NCBI GenBank assembly: GCA_047495785.1
Contig: JBLDXI010000054.1
Coordinates: 2,728,001-2,792,000, forward strand
Source of the DNA: Lepidodermella squamata
Taxonomy: Eukaryota > Animalia > Gastrotricha
Direction: 5' to 3'
Length of the DNA: 64,000 nt
The stretch's first letter is position 1. Each line of letters opens with the position of its first letter. Shown in pieces: positions 38,275 through 50,500 of this stretch. The translations under genes and the position numbers were made by a program. The notes below the pieces were generated by a model. The model saw only the letters and a program-made list of their open reading frames with translations. It ran no database searches and was not told where the DNA came from.

Positions 38275-39324
38275 TTAGTGGTTGCCACCAGCTGGCTCGG
38301 CAATGCTGAGGCGCTTCTTCATACTCTCAGGCATCTCAGCCGGGGGAGGGCGCGGAATGCCAAGACCCACCTTAACCGCATCATAGACGAACCACTGAAG
38401 GGCGGTCAGAGTACCAATCATGATGATACGTGGGGTAAGACCCTTCCACATTCCGAGAAGACCCATTTTCTTAGCCACCTCAATGAAAGTGCTACCCTTA
38501 TCCTTATTCAAGATGGAAACAATTGTATCAGCCGGGTGGGAGACAATTGCGCAGAAGACACCGGCGATGTAACCAGCCGCGAAGGTAACAGTCAACTGCT
38601 CGCCCTTGGTGCACTCAGCTCTTGGTTTTGGAACTACATACTGATACAAAGCTTCCAGGGTTCGCTCGAAACAAGCGAATTTCATCATGGTGTATGGGAT
38701 CTGACGGGCCCAGAGCGGGACAAGACCCTTGTACAGACCTCCAATACCTTCCTCCCTAACAATACGAGGCAGACCTTCGCGGAGAGTTGTTGACCAACCT
38801 GGGCTGGTTTGAATGCGGACTTTGACGGCCTCCATCGGGCATAAAGCAACGTCGGCGATGACCTCGGCCGAAGCTGAGGCTGCCAGGTACACCCAGGTAC
38901 GGTAATTATAAGCAGCTTCTTCGCCGATCATGTTACTGTACTGGATCTTGAAGTACTCGTAGAAGCCGAACTTGCAGAGACCCTGCATCGAATATCCAAT
39001 GGCGGTCGGGGCCCAACCGCGGCCAAGGCTGGAGACACCTCCCTCAGCGACTGAAACCTTGAATCCCTGGAAGATGCCCTTGTATTTACCGGGATCAACC
39101 TGGATGCGGCATTTCACGATATCCAAAGGGACCATGGCAGTGTGGGTAATACCGCAGGACAGAATGCCACCGAGACCACACAGTGCGAAGAATTTCGGCG
39201 AACCGAATTCACAACTGTACTGCTCCTTGCCGGTCAGCTTAGCACCGGCAGACTCGCATCGAGCGGCCAGGACTGGGTTCATCAGTGGGTGCAGAGGTCG
39301 CTTAATGCTAGATTCGAGAGCCAT
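38275..39324 (-). CDS. SLC25A3: Mitochondrial phosphate carrier, copy PiC3 (349 aa, intronless)
   Basis: Single complete ORF; CRIQVDPGKY is contiguous across the site where the other copies carry an intron. Confidence 0.95.
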   Translation of the reverse strand: MALESSIKRPLHPLMNPVLAARCESAGAKLTGKEQYSCEFGSPKFFALCGLGGILSCGITHTAMVPLDIVKCRIQVDPGKYKGIFQGFKVSVAEGGVSSLGRGWAPTAIGYSMQGLCKFGFYEYFKIQYSNMIGEEAAYNYRTWVYLAASASAEVIADVALCPMEAVKVRIQTSPGWSTTLREGLPRIVREEGIGGLYKGLVPLWARQIPYTMMKFACFERTLEALYQYVVPKPRAECTKGEQLTVTFAAGYIAGVFCAIVSHPADTIVSILNKDKGSTFIEVAKKMGLLGMWKGLTPRIIMIGTLTALQWFVYDAVKVGLGIPRPPPAEMPESMKKRLSIAEPAGGNH

Positions 39325-39677
39325 TTTGAACAGTAACTATCTCAAGGTTTAAATTACTAGCTAAGCTACAAATAGGTACGGGGAAATTAAGGGGAAACTC
39401 GAAAGTGCAAGATTATATTTATGAAGTTATCTCAGGACATTTCCGTTGTAATAAGCAAATTTAATCGTAAAAAATCTAGGGAATAAAAGTACATGATTAG
39501 TGACTAGGTCAATCTGTTAGAAAAACATTCGAGAGCATATCATATTTGTGATCTTCAAAGACGAGGAGAGATTGTGCAAATGGAAATTAAAACAACAACG
39601 CCACCAGCAAATAAGTGAAATCAAGACAATTTAAGATGGTCAAATCGTTGCGTTTAGTAGTTAGATTTTGTGTTTGA

Positions 39678-41120
39678 TTAAAGAGCTAGGTATGCATAGC
39701 CAACAACAGCAGCGCTAGCGACAGCACCGATTGCGATGTAGACTGATACGTTTGACGAGAGTGAAGGGCGGCGGTGTGAGACCCCAGGTGAATTAGACCC
39801 ATTCGAATAAGGCGAGTAGTTGCTTTGCATGTAATTGCTTTTTGTGGACGAAAACGCTTTCCAGGGAGATTGCATTCCAGGAGCACGGCGCCTAGTGACA
39901 ACGGTTTCAGCCAGCAAACTAGCCACGTAAGGCTCGGAAGGTGTTGGCGATCCATTCATGGTTGTAGCAGAATTCTGGCGGTGGAAAGCTCCACTGGCGT
40001 GAGACCGATTCTTATCATGAGGTAGCAAAGATACGGCATTCAGAAAGGCAAAAAAACAGACGCCGAATGGAATAAATTGAATGATGAAGCTTGAAAACTT
40101 GGCGACTAGCTTTAAGTGATGCGACACCAGCCATTCATAGTCAACGAACTTAAGATAATAGAAAACAGCCAGTAGATCAATGCAAACAACAAAAGTGAGT
40201 CCGAGGATGGCAAGCGGGGTCAAAGGCAAACGACGATACGGCGAAGTGATCGCAGAAACAAAGGCTAATCCAACCGCCAGAAAATTGGAGAACATTCGAA
40301 AGGCCCAAAATGCCGGCAGATCAAAAGGCCCCCAAAATAATGGGAAGATTGCCGAAAGGATAGTCAACATAGTAATAACTTTGTTCCTTCGGTAAACTCG
40401 TTGAGAAGGCACAAACACATCCCCTTCAGCAACTACGCCACGTTTAGCCATAAATAAGCGGTGTTGGGTTCCAACAGTTGAAGTAGACGCAACATTTGCA
40501 GCGATTTGACGATCTTGTTCCCCAACAAATTGATGAACACGGGCTTGGCAAGCTTGGCACAGGGGATAATCCCGCTCCAGCTGCTTCTCGTAGACAGCAA
40601 ATTCTCGGTCAAAAACGGCATCACCTCCGGCTGAGGGAACAAATTTGGCTTTGAGAGCTACTATTTTTTCTTGATTGTCCATGCATCGATTGCAAAGCAA
40701 GTTTCCTGGGGCTGTTGCTGGACGGGGTGAGCCATTGGCGGGTACTCCTGCACGTTTTGACAACGGCGTCTCACAGGCAGTTCGAGGATTCATTTGTGCG
40801 TGGTACAGCTCTGGTAGGGGACGGGCGTAGTCACCATCATCATCAAATGCATTAAGCTGACCACATGATTGACAAAGATCAGTAACGGGATCGACAATGG
40901 CTTCAGTATTTGTAGTTTCACAGAAATGACAACGATTGATTCGGTTTGACTTTTTCACGGGAATACCATCCACCAGAGCATTGAACAACCAACGAATGTA
41001 ACCAAATACCACAAATGCAATGAAGGAAGATACGACTAGGGTAAAACCTTCGTCATACATTCGGTTCTTGAATAGTCCAAGGACCGGGATGTACAATCGA
41101 ATCAAGTCAAGCTCAACCAT
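39678..41120 (-). CDS. TMEM201: Inner nuclear membrane protein TMEM201/Samp1/Ima1-like
   Basis: Ima1 N-terminal CxxC pattern (CHFC, CQSCGQLNAFDDDGDY, LLCNRC..NQ, YPLCQAC) followed by several TM segments; first ATG at 41120. Confidence 0.85.
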   Translation of the reverse strand: MVELDLIRLYIPVLGLFKNRMYDEGFTLVVSSFIAFVVFGYIRWLFNALVDGIPVKKSNRINRCHFCETTNTEAIVDPVTDLCQSCGQLNAFDDDGDYARPLPELYHAQMNPRTACETPLSKRAGVPANGSPRPATAPGNLLCNRCMDNQEKIVALKAKFVPSAGGDAVFDREFAVYEKQLERDYPLCQACQARVHQFVGEQDRQIAANVASTSTVGTQHRLFMAKRGVVAEGDVFVPSQRVYRRNKVITMLTILSAIFPLFWGPFDLPAFWAFRMFSNFLAVGLAFVSAITSPYRRLPLTPLAILGLTFVVCIDLLAVFYYLKFVDYEWLVSHHLKLVAKFSSFIIQFIPFGVCFFAFLNAVSLLPHDKNRSHASGAFHRQNSATTMNGSPTPSEPYVASLLAETVVTRRRAPGMQSPWKAFSSTKSNYMQSNYSPYSNGSNSPGVSHRRPSLSSNVSVYIAIGAVASAAVVGYAYLAL

Positions 41121-41439
41121 TGTAATACTGTCCTGGGATCTAAACAATGAAGACAAAACACAAAATGAAGAGAGCAATCGGCGAAGGTCAAAGGAATTTC
41201 TTTAAAAAAAGGTCAAGAAAAGTGTCTATTTGACAGGTCAAGTCTCGTGGCCGCTACTCCAAGGTGTAAGGTTCAGGTAGCATGCAGATGACGTAGAACT
41301 GGAGCTCACCGCAAAAGGTTTCGGGATTCAACCGGCGCCCTGAAAACGCCCTAAAAAAAGGCCAGAAAAAACTCGTGTCTGACAACCTTCATTGTCAAAA
41401 AAACTTGCTTCTGATTTTATTATCAAACTAAAAAATTTA

Positions 41440-41730
41440 ACGATCCACAAAAATTTAATTACGTCGCTATGGACGCATCTACGGCGATGCATATGACTTG
41501 AGATGGAACATTAACAACTTTCTTCTTTTCATGAATATATGTATATCCAGTATGAACAGTTGTGATATTTAACCTGCCCCTCCCACCTCCGCTCCTCTCT
41601 CGCACCGTCCATGCGACGAGCGAGCTATCTCCGCCGCCGGAGAAATTTGTATATTTGTAATTAGATGATTGTAAGTATAAAGATTTCAGAATAAATTGGT
41701 TTTTCGTTTCGTTTTCGTTTTTCGTTTTTC
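41440..41730 (+). mobile_element. Possible 3' end of a non-LTR retroelement
   Basis: GC-rich segment followed by AATAAA and a (TTTTCG)n-type tail; no recognisable ORF. Confidence 0.3.
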
Positions 41731-42318
41731 ATCAGACGTCAGCTGTTGCGTGCATATTACTCTGTGATTCTGCATCAAAGGAATTAATCTTGTTTCAATA
41801 AAAAGCTCGAACGAATTTCCGACTTGAAATGTACCGAAGAGAGAGTACGATTTCGCTAAATAGGAGAAAAGAGGTTTATTAAAGTCTAATGAGATGTGAG
41901 ATGATGACTTTTTTGTGATCTTGTCTGCGTTCTTTTACGTATCTTCAGGGAAGCAGTAATAGTAAAACCACCAGGACTAGTTCAAGGACAACTGCATCTG
42001 TAACCAGTATGATTTTTTCGATCAGTTCGTATCGATCGATGATTTTTGCACTTTGATTTCGGATTTTACATTGAGATTGTTTTATCAGGCCCAGACGCCC
42101 CTGAAGAGGGCAAGAACACTTTCCTTCCTTCTGCAAGATTATTTGTCTTTCACCATTGATCACACTCACTATAATGTATTCTCAAAGGTACCGAATGAAC
42201 TAACGCAACTTTGATTTTCTCATTAACATCAAAACACGTTGTGATCAAACGATTATTAGATGTTGACCTAACCGTTTGTTTCTCATTATTGCTAGGTCAG
42301 CGGCAAGTTAGCAGTGTG

Positions 42319-42759
42319 ATGGTGAAAGAAACGAAAAAGAAAGCCCAAGGTCAGCAGCCGGATGAAATCAAGCTCGAAAATGGAGTATTTTATTTTCCGA
42401 ATGGTGACAAATACGAGGGCTCTTATTTGACGAAAGACGACCACATCGAACGCAGTGGCACTGGAGTTCACACAACTGCAGACGGTACTGTCTACGAGGG
42501 CGACTGGCAAAATGATAAAATGAATGGCAAAGGTAAAATGACATACCCATCTGGCACGACTTACCAAGGTGATTTCGTCAATAATGAATACCATGGAAAC
42601 GGCAAGTACATATGGCCTGATGGCTCATTTTACACTGGCGAATTCAGAGAGAATAAGTTGGAAGGCGATGGCGAATTCACTGACATTCATGGCCAAGTGT
42701 GGAGTGGGAAATTCCGATTTAGAGTTGCTCCTAACTTGAAATTTGCTCTAAGAATGTAG
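42319..42759 (+). CDS. MORN2: MORN repeat-containing protein 2-like (146 aa)
   Basis: Tandem MORN repeats (YEGDWQNDKMNGKG, YQGDFVNNEYHGNG, YTGEFRENKLEGDG) and C-terminal WSGKF...APNLKFAL. Confidence 0.85.
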   Translation: MVKETKKKAQGQQPDEIKLENGVFYFPNGDKYEGSYLTKDDHIERSGTGVHTTADGTVYEGDWQNDKMNGKGKMTYPSGTTYQGDFVNNEYHGNGKYIWPDGSFYTGEFRENKLEGDGEFTDIHGQVWSGKFRFRVAPNLKFALRM

Positions 42760-42859
42760 CATTATTATGATATAAAATTAAATATTTTACCGATATATTT
42801 CTGCTATTATTTGCCTACCTAGGTAGTTATTGTAAAAACTTTGACAAAAATTCATTAAA

Positions 42860-43515
42860 ATGGCTTCTTGCTGCTGTAAAACAACTCAGCGTCATCCTCA
42901 CGACTTCCCAACCTTCGAGAATGACTTCTCCTTCACGGGGACCAAGGGCATGCAAGCCAGAAGGTCATTCGACTACCCGGTTGACAAAGCTCAAAGGCAG
43001 CAGCCATGGTTTCGTCTGTCCGGCAATACAACATTAGCGAGCATGAGACACAACGCTCTGTATTTCGACCCAAAAGCTCCCCGAGACGACCTTGATTTGT
43101 TGCTGAAATCAGTCTTCAACAACCACGAAGCTCTATTCGCGAACAAAACCGATGTCTGCTTGCAGCCCGATACTGTCGGAATTAACACTGGGTACATAAT
43201 TTTGTAGAAGCGAATGGCCTTTTTCAATCCCTATCCTTCTTTATAGCCGTGTTTTCACGAAGCATGTTGCGGCTGTGCCGAAACCTCCTCTTCCTCTGAA
43301 TCACCCACTTCGGATAGTCGTTCAAGACAAGCGAGAAACTCTGCATAGCATCAAGAAAGCCATCGGTGAGTTACTTTTTCTGACCATTTGCGTAATCCCT
43401 GATGACTAAAAACTAATGAACCCAATAATTTCCCTGAAATTCAGTTGGCCATCACAGCGAAATCACCAACAAAGGGTTTTGCCGGAAGCCCGATGGCGGT
43501 AAATTTTCAATCTGA
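42860..43515 (+). CDS. CFAP276: CFAP276 (C1orf194)-like ciliary microtubule inner protein
   Basis: Exons 42860-43191, 43247-43365, 43445-43515 join in frame; motifs FPTFENDF, PWFRL..TTLASMR, FDPKAPRDDLD, HHSEITNKGFCRKPDGG. Confidence 0.8.
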
Positions 43516-44598
43516 AAAGGGCAAGAGGTAGATCGTTAACCCAACTTCATTGTTGTTTCCCCCCAGGTTACTATCAAAAATGAACAGGGCAAAGTAGACA
43601 TTATATCTGTGGCTTTAGCTGCAAAAACGCTTATAAATGCATCGATTTTTTATAGCTTGTTTTTAAAATTGCACTATTTAGCTTTTTGCAAATACTTTAT
43701 CGCACAATATTTTCCAGCTGCTTTAAAAAAAAATATGTGAACTGACCCTGCTTAGTTCTGATATAATTTGCGCAAATAACGCTAATTTTGCTTTTTTTGT
43801 TTGATTTGTTCTCTCCTGTGCTGCTTTCTGGCGATTCGTCGTGCTCCATCAACAACGCACCAGGCTCGGATCATTGTGAAAGTTCGCGATATGGATATTC
43901 CCGCAAGCCAAATGGAGCCAGATATTTCAACTGAGATTATATGAACGTTTTATACTAGTCGAAAGGAGAGAGTAATTCTGTTTATTATTATTATGATTTT
44001 GTTTTGTGGAAGAAAGAATCCTGAAAATAGCACTATTTGTGTTTCAGGCATATTCAATCCCTTTGATTTACACATCAGAATATGCCGGTGTCAAGAATCA
44101 AACTTCTAGCTACGTAGCGTAGAATGTCTCGGTAGTTCACACATGCTATATTTTTTACACTTTTTTATGTGGTTTTACAGAAAGAAATGACCATTTTACA
44201 TGTTTCCCAGTGTCTCATCGTTACCATTCGCTCCGGTTAAATTTTTTCAAAGAGGCGATTGATTATTAACACTGTTATAATCTCAATTTATTATTTTCGA
44301 TTTTTCCCGAAAAAAATATCACATCATATAAGAAGTGGTTTTGATCATAGCTAATGAATTATATGCGTGTCTCAACTATTTTCTGAGCGTTTTTACATGA
44401 TTTCACATAAAACTATAAAAATATACTACTGAATGGATGGAAATATTATTATTATAAAATATAATCTCCCGAATTACAATATCGTATTATTGTGAAATGA
44501 TGTTGGAAAATAAAAAAAATATCATCACAGCAAAAATGAAGCACATCATGCGAGCAGTTTTTAATCATTCAATTTTTGATTTTTAATCTCAGTGTCAA

Positions 44599-47500
44599 TC
44601 AGCCGTAAGAGTTGCTTGGACTTTCAACCTTTCCGATATTTGTTGACCGCGTCAACTGTCGAATTTGTTCAAAAGTTGGCGGATCGAGATCTGACAAAAT
44701 GTTGAATCTCACTACATCAGTTCGAGCAGATTTCTAAAAAAAATAAGGTGAAAAATTACTCGAAAATAATGAAATGTTTTGCATACCGCTCGAGTTTTGA
44801 TGGTTATAGTGGCCTCGTTGGGATTTGAATTAAGAGGCTTCATGGAATTCGATGAAACACTAGCTTGGCTAGCCGCTGTTTTCGGCCGCTTCTCGGTTGT
44901 TGATTTTGAAAATGACGCAGAAGCTGTGGTAGGTCTCATCGTTTGTTTCGCTTGATTGGGTGCCAAAAATTCAGCAGACTGCTCCAAATGTTCATCCGAA
45001 GCCTGTGAAATAATAAACGAAACAGAAAATTAATGGCGATTTTTGATTGATTTTTAAATCTATCACTCGATCTAAAAATTAAAAATTCTAGGTGATTAAG
45101 TTAATTAATAATATCTAATTTGAAGCCGCATATTATTTTTCTATGCTAGTAAAAAAAATCAAACTGTGGCTGGAATGTTTAAGTACATCGCTGTTCTGCT
45201 GCAACACGTGACGGTTATTTTTGTTAGATGATTATTTCATTATTAGGGACAACAAACCACTTGATAAATTGTTCCTTGGCCTATGAAAGGCTGGCGCAAG
45301 GAAGTCGACTTGGCAGATGTGAGCTGTCGCTGATATAATAATTTCAAAAATTTCAAAAATTCCGCGAAAAATTGAAAGAACATATTTTTCAAGCCCAACG
45401 ATGTAAAAGACCATTCAACTCACCGTTGGAGGTCTCGTAGCGGCAAACTGGGCCGCCATAGTGGATGAAAGCTGCCGAACCGTTGCCGTGCTAGCTCGCG
45501 TTGACGGCGCGCTATTCGTGCTAGAAGTTTGCATCATCGGAACAAGAGCATGCTGTTGAGTCGTTATAATAGTCTCCATATCACCAACAACCCGGGCTAG
45601 ATCGCCCAGCCGGCCGATGGCCTGCTGCTTGAGGTCGCGCTCTCTAGCGAGCTGGGACCGGGCTGAACGCAGGTCACGTGACACGTTGTAACGATCAAAT
45701 TCGGTCGTGCGTTCACGCGTATCGAATTCAACGGCTAATTGCCTGATCGCAACATTGCGCTCAGCTAGATCAGTGACCTAAAAAATTGATCGAAAATAAT
45801 TCACTTCAATTTTTGAGAGAATAGCTTCAAAAAAAATTGAACGAAAAATGTGTCAATAAGCTTTTTAAATTAATTGTGCGCGTTTTTTGCGGCTATAATA
45901 CGCACAGACAATTTCGACAATACGAGATCGAAAAATTAAAAATGGGTCACGTGCGCACCCTAAATTTCGGGTTCCAGTAATAAAATTAATCGGTTTATCC
46001 GAGTTTATAATTCTCCTTAAAATAAAATTCTCCTAGCATTGTGCCTAACCGATAGCTCTACTTTTTACGGGTATTGAGAGTTATTCTTTAGCCTACAGAT
46101 CCAATATCGATTCCAAATATCAATTTTACAAATCAGTGATTTTTCCGATATTAGCAATCTTCAAAGTCAACCTTGATAATTTTTCTACATACCTTGGGGT
46201 GCCAGGTAGATTAAATAAAAAATCGAACTATAATAGGGTGCATCATGATTGATCAAAAAATTAAAAATTAAATGTAGTGCTGGAACCTCAATTTTAGTGG
46301 TGCAAAAGACCCAATAAAATTAGGAGAAATACCGAGCTATCAACATCATCATCATCATCTGATATGCAAGTAGAGCATGATCCCTAATTCGGCGTAAAAA
46401 AATTAGGTATAATCATTTTCCATCGCTAAAACTCAGTTTCGAGAAATTTCATCTAATTCAGAAGAGAATTTCCAAAATTTCCGTAAAATTAGACTCACCA
46501 CTCGTTCGAAAGTGCTAGTTCTAGCTTGATGCGATTTCTCTTGAGCCGACATTTGCTCCTTCAAAATTTGCTCCCGTTCCTGCCGCGTTCTAGCCTCTTT
46601 GTCCAATTGATTTCGAACACGCGTTGTTTCACGCTCAGCTATCGCAACAGCCTTACGAAGCGTGACCTGTTGCTGCCGCAACAACAAAACTTCTTCATCT
46701 GACAACAACCGATAGTCGCAATTATCGTTTCGAATGCGATCGATTTCATTTTGCAGGAAATCGATTTGACGATTGAATTTAGCTGTTAAAGTCGTCAGGC
46801 GCCATTTGTCGATCGAACGCATTCGCGAAACTAAAGCTTCAAGCTGTCGCTTCTGCTCGCGAAGGTCAGTAACTTCAGACTCGAGCTCAGCACGAGCGTC
46901 CACTAGAAAAAAATCCAGAATTAAATTCTTGTAACTCAAAATTCAAAACACGAATTCAAAGCAACCAAAATAAATAATTCTACAAATAAATTTCTACTAC
47001 GATAAAAAATCCAGCTTGAAAAAAATATTGCATTAAAAATTTCAAAAATTACAGTCATCTGAAAAAGTAAAATAGGGTACGATATTAAAACTAGGTTTAA
47101 TTTATTTATTAAAGGGCTACGGGAAATTTTCCCTACTTTCAGGATTAATTGGGCGTATAATCTCGACTTTCGAGGAAAATTCAATTTAATCGGCAAAAAT
47201 ATTTCAAATAAATCTTACTTGGATCTTTGCCAATTGGTCGCTCAAGGCCTTTACCAGCCGATTCTCGCAACTTGGCCATAACTTGCTCCTTCGTTTCTTT
47301 GATCAACTCATCCGTCTCGCCGGCGATTCGGTGCCGATACGCATCGAAGCGTGACCTTAGCTGCAGCGACGCCGCAGCCAGCGCGTCGACAAGCCCTGAG
47401 AAATCGGCCTTAACAGCCTGCCGCGTTAGTTCATCGCGCTTTTTCTGCTTCGTCTCAGCGTCATTCATGCGCAACCGAAGCGACGTAACCTCAAGCAACA

Positions 47501-50500
47501 AATCACGGCAATGCGCCGCCATTTTTTCCAACGCCGCTGTATTCACGTTATCGCGACTCGTTGCTAGGTCGGTTTGAAGCGCCTCAACTTGGCGCTCGCG
47601 ATCGTACAACTCGCGGTGGTATTGCCTCAACAAATTTTCGTAGTAATTCGAATAACTCTCAAAGCACAACTTTTCACGCGCCATACAGCCGGATGCTAAG
47701 GCGTTAAGGGCCGAGTTTAAATTCTCCGCCTTGATCGTCACTAAACCGTCTTTCCGCTCAACAATTCCAGCGTATAATTCAGCAGTAAATAATTCGACCA
47801 ATTGAGGCTGGGTTATAGTGAAATTTTCTTTAATCCCTGAATTTTTCCACAAATCAGTCGGCAGAGCGTCCTCTTCCTCGCGGGCTTTTTCGTTCAAAAC
47901 CATGTTGAAATCGCGCTGTAATTTCCGGCAAATTTTGTCCAGAGAGTTGCATAGCGTCATTTGAACTAATTGAGCGAGTTGAACGGCCTTGCAGTCTAAA
48001 TCTGACAACGCCGGCGGGATGGGTAGGGCCAGGATTTCGCGTGAACTTTTCGCGAAATTCAACATTAGACTCAACTCGCTAGTTCCGAATAAATTGTACA
48101 CGGTCACTAGCATTGGGGTGTAGCGTTCTGCGCAGTAGATATTCAACGCTTCTTCGTACTTTTCCGCCGACCAGCCGGATCGGTAATCAATCGCTAGCAC
48201 TCGGCTTTTCATGAAATGGTCTTTAAACACCTCGAGTTGCTTCCACAAGCGCAGGTAGACGCAGACGAGGTTGTAGGCTAGCATTGGCTGGTTCAACTTT
48301 GTCGGCGGTTGGTCGAGTGAGTTTTCGGCTGATCGAACGTTCGGGATGACGTGGATGGTAGTTCCGATGGTTGCGCATGGCCGCGGGCCGGCTGATGATG
48401 GCGGGCGGCTGCTTGGATGTGCAGGTGTTTGTTGGGTTGGTCGGAATTCGAAGGCATCGATTTCGGCGTCTCGACTCAACAACACCTGGGCATAGCCATT
48501 TCGAGCATGTTTCATGATCTCCTCCGTCAACAGCGTCAGGTTCATCAATTCACCGTTCAATACCTGATCGTAATGAGAAAAAACGAAAGTAAGTAGGCAA
48601 ATGCAAATAATTAACCACTTTTGATCAAAACTTCGATCAAACGAAAATTCAGCCCTTGAATGTCCCAAAATACAGCATGTACCATAGTAACGCAGCCAAA
48701 GAAATTACACGGGTTAGGGATCAGACACTCCAAAATGGGAGACGAATTCATATTTAATGGCCAAGAAAATTTCAAAATTCCATGAAAATAGAAATCAAAT
48801 ATGGGATACAAAATCCGGAGATATTTGTTTCAATCGGGTAAAATACCGAAAATTACCATCGGGGTTTTTCTCCGGTAAATTTTTTATTTCTTCGGTAAAA
48901 TCACAGATAAAGGGTTGAGGGTTCTCCCAATAGGTTCCAAAATTCCAAAATTAGTTAAATTCAATTTTTTTTAAATTGGTTAAATCTCCCACAAAAATAA
49001 AAAATGGTTGCGCAACTTATGGGACATACTGCATGGGTGTTTAAATTTTCTAGCCCTGCATTAAACATCAATTTTTATTATCAGGCCCGACAGATAGATC
49101 GCTCAAATACGCGTATTTTACGCTATCGGATATCAGTTTACGAATTACACTTCGGCCTTCAAAGCCGATATCGATTTTAAAAATTAGTGATTTTTTCCAA
49201 TTTCTTGCTAAATTCGCTTAAAATAAGATGAATTTAGCGCTGGAACTTCGATTTTAGAGGTACAGATACTTAGATCCTTCCGAAACGGCTGAGAGATGAA
49301 ATTATGATTTCGAGTTGTCATACAATTCTAGGATAAGCTGCGAGGTTCAATCAATCTTGGTTAAAAACATTTATCCAAAATAATCAAAAATGGCATCGAA
49401 ATGACAAGTAGACTTCAAAAATTATTCAGCTTCGTTTTCCAATTTTTTTTTGAAAATTTCCCACAAAAGATTAATAAATTGACAAAATTCAATACATTTC
49501 AAAATTCGAATTTTTCGAGAATTAGGAGACCGAATTAACTTGATTTTTTTGAATATGTTGAAATGTAATAACTTTTAAAAAGTAACTCACCTGTCGATCA
49601 GTTTTCTCCAGTCGACAAAAGCAGCAATGTACCAAATCGATGATTCGATGAAACCGAGCCGTAGCCGTCGGAAACGGCCCGAATCTATTCAGCACAACCC
49701 GATATGGATACATCGACCGCGCTATTTCATCGCGGCATTCCAACGGCTCAGGTAGCGTCAAATCAGCCTGGTAAGCAGACGGGGTGTACCGCTGGGTCGT
49801 GCTTATTAAAGCTGGTAGGGAATGGTAAAGACCAGCGACTAGGCCTTGATACGCCTCGAATCGATGGGGTAGCAAAGCGTCACGCATGAGATGCCGAATC
49901 GTGACGTCGAACCATAGGTAGGCAGCTTTTCGCCTTAACTCCAGGAAATCGGCGACCTCACTAGGGTTAGCAGGGTCTTGAAGAGCCGATATTTGGGTTT
50001 GGATATCGAAAAGTTCCGCTCCAATGCCCTCGGCACCGCCCCATTCAGCCGAGGCTGTACTCGCAGCAGCAGCTGGCAGGATTTTCTGCTTATTTTCACT
50101 CGATGAAGCCGCTGAAACTCGAACGCCCAACTTTGCGAAGCCAGCTAGAAGCATCAAAATGTCATGAAGAGCCGCGACAATTCGTAACCAGACTGAGAAG
50201 ACGTTGACGGCATCGATATCGGGTAGACTTTGAAAACTTTGCAGAATTTCGCTTGGAAATGGGATGAACCACAGATTCATGAAAGACCGACCGTCGAGGC
50301 TCAGCACGGTGCGAGGGCGAGATTTGAACACGAGTGGCTCTTGTTTAAGGTACTCACGCATCAGTTCATCACGCTTTTTCACTTCCTGGATAAATTAAAA
50401 ATAGGGAAAATTAAAATTGTGATAAAATGGAAAAAATAGATTTTGGAGCAAAATATTTCCACCACTAAAATTGAGCTTCCAACACTAAATTTTTCCGATA

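Noticed and set aside
42756-42822. Cis intron fusing MORN2 to CFAP276 into one protein
   Set aside because: The only nearby GT gives a weak donor, and splicing recreates ATG TAG, so no fusion protein results.
46335-46362. Possible 26-nt exon (ATG repeat) in the CCDC162-like intron
   Set aside because: The flanking exons already join in phase 0 and inclusion would shift frame; likely a (CAT)n microsatellite.
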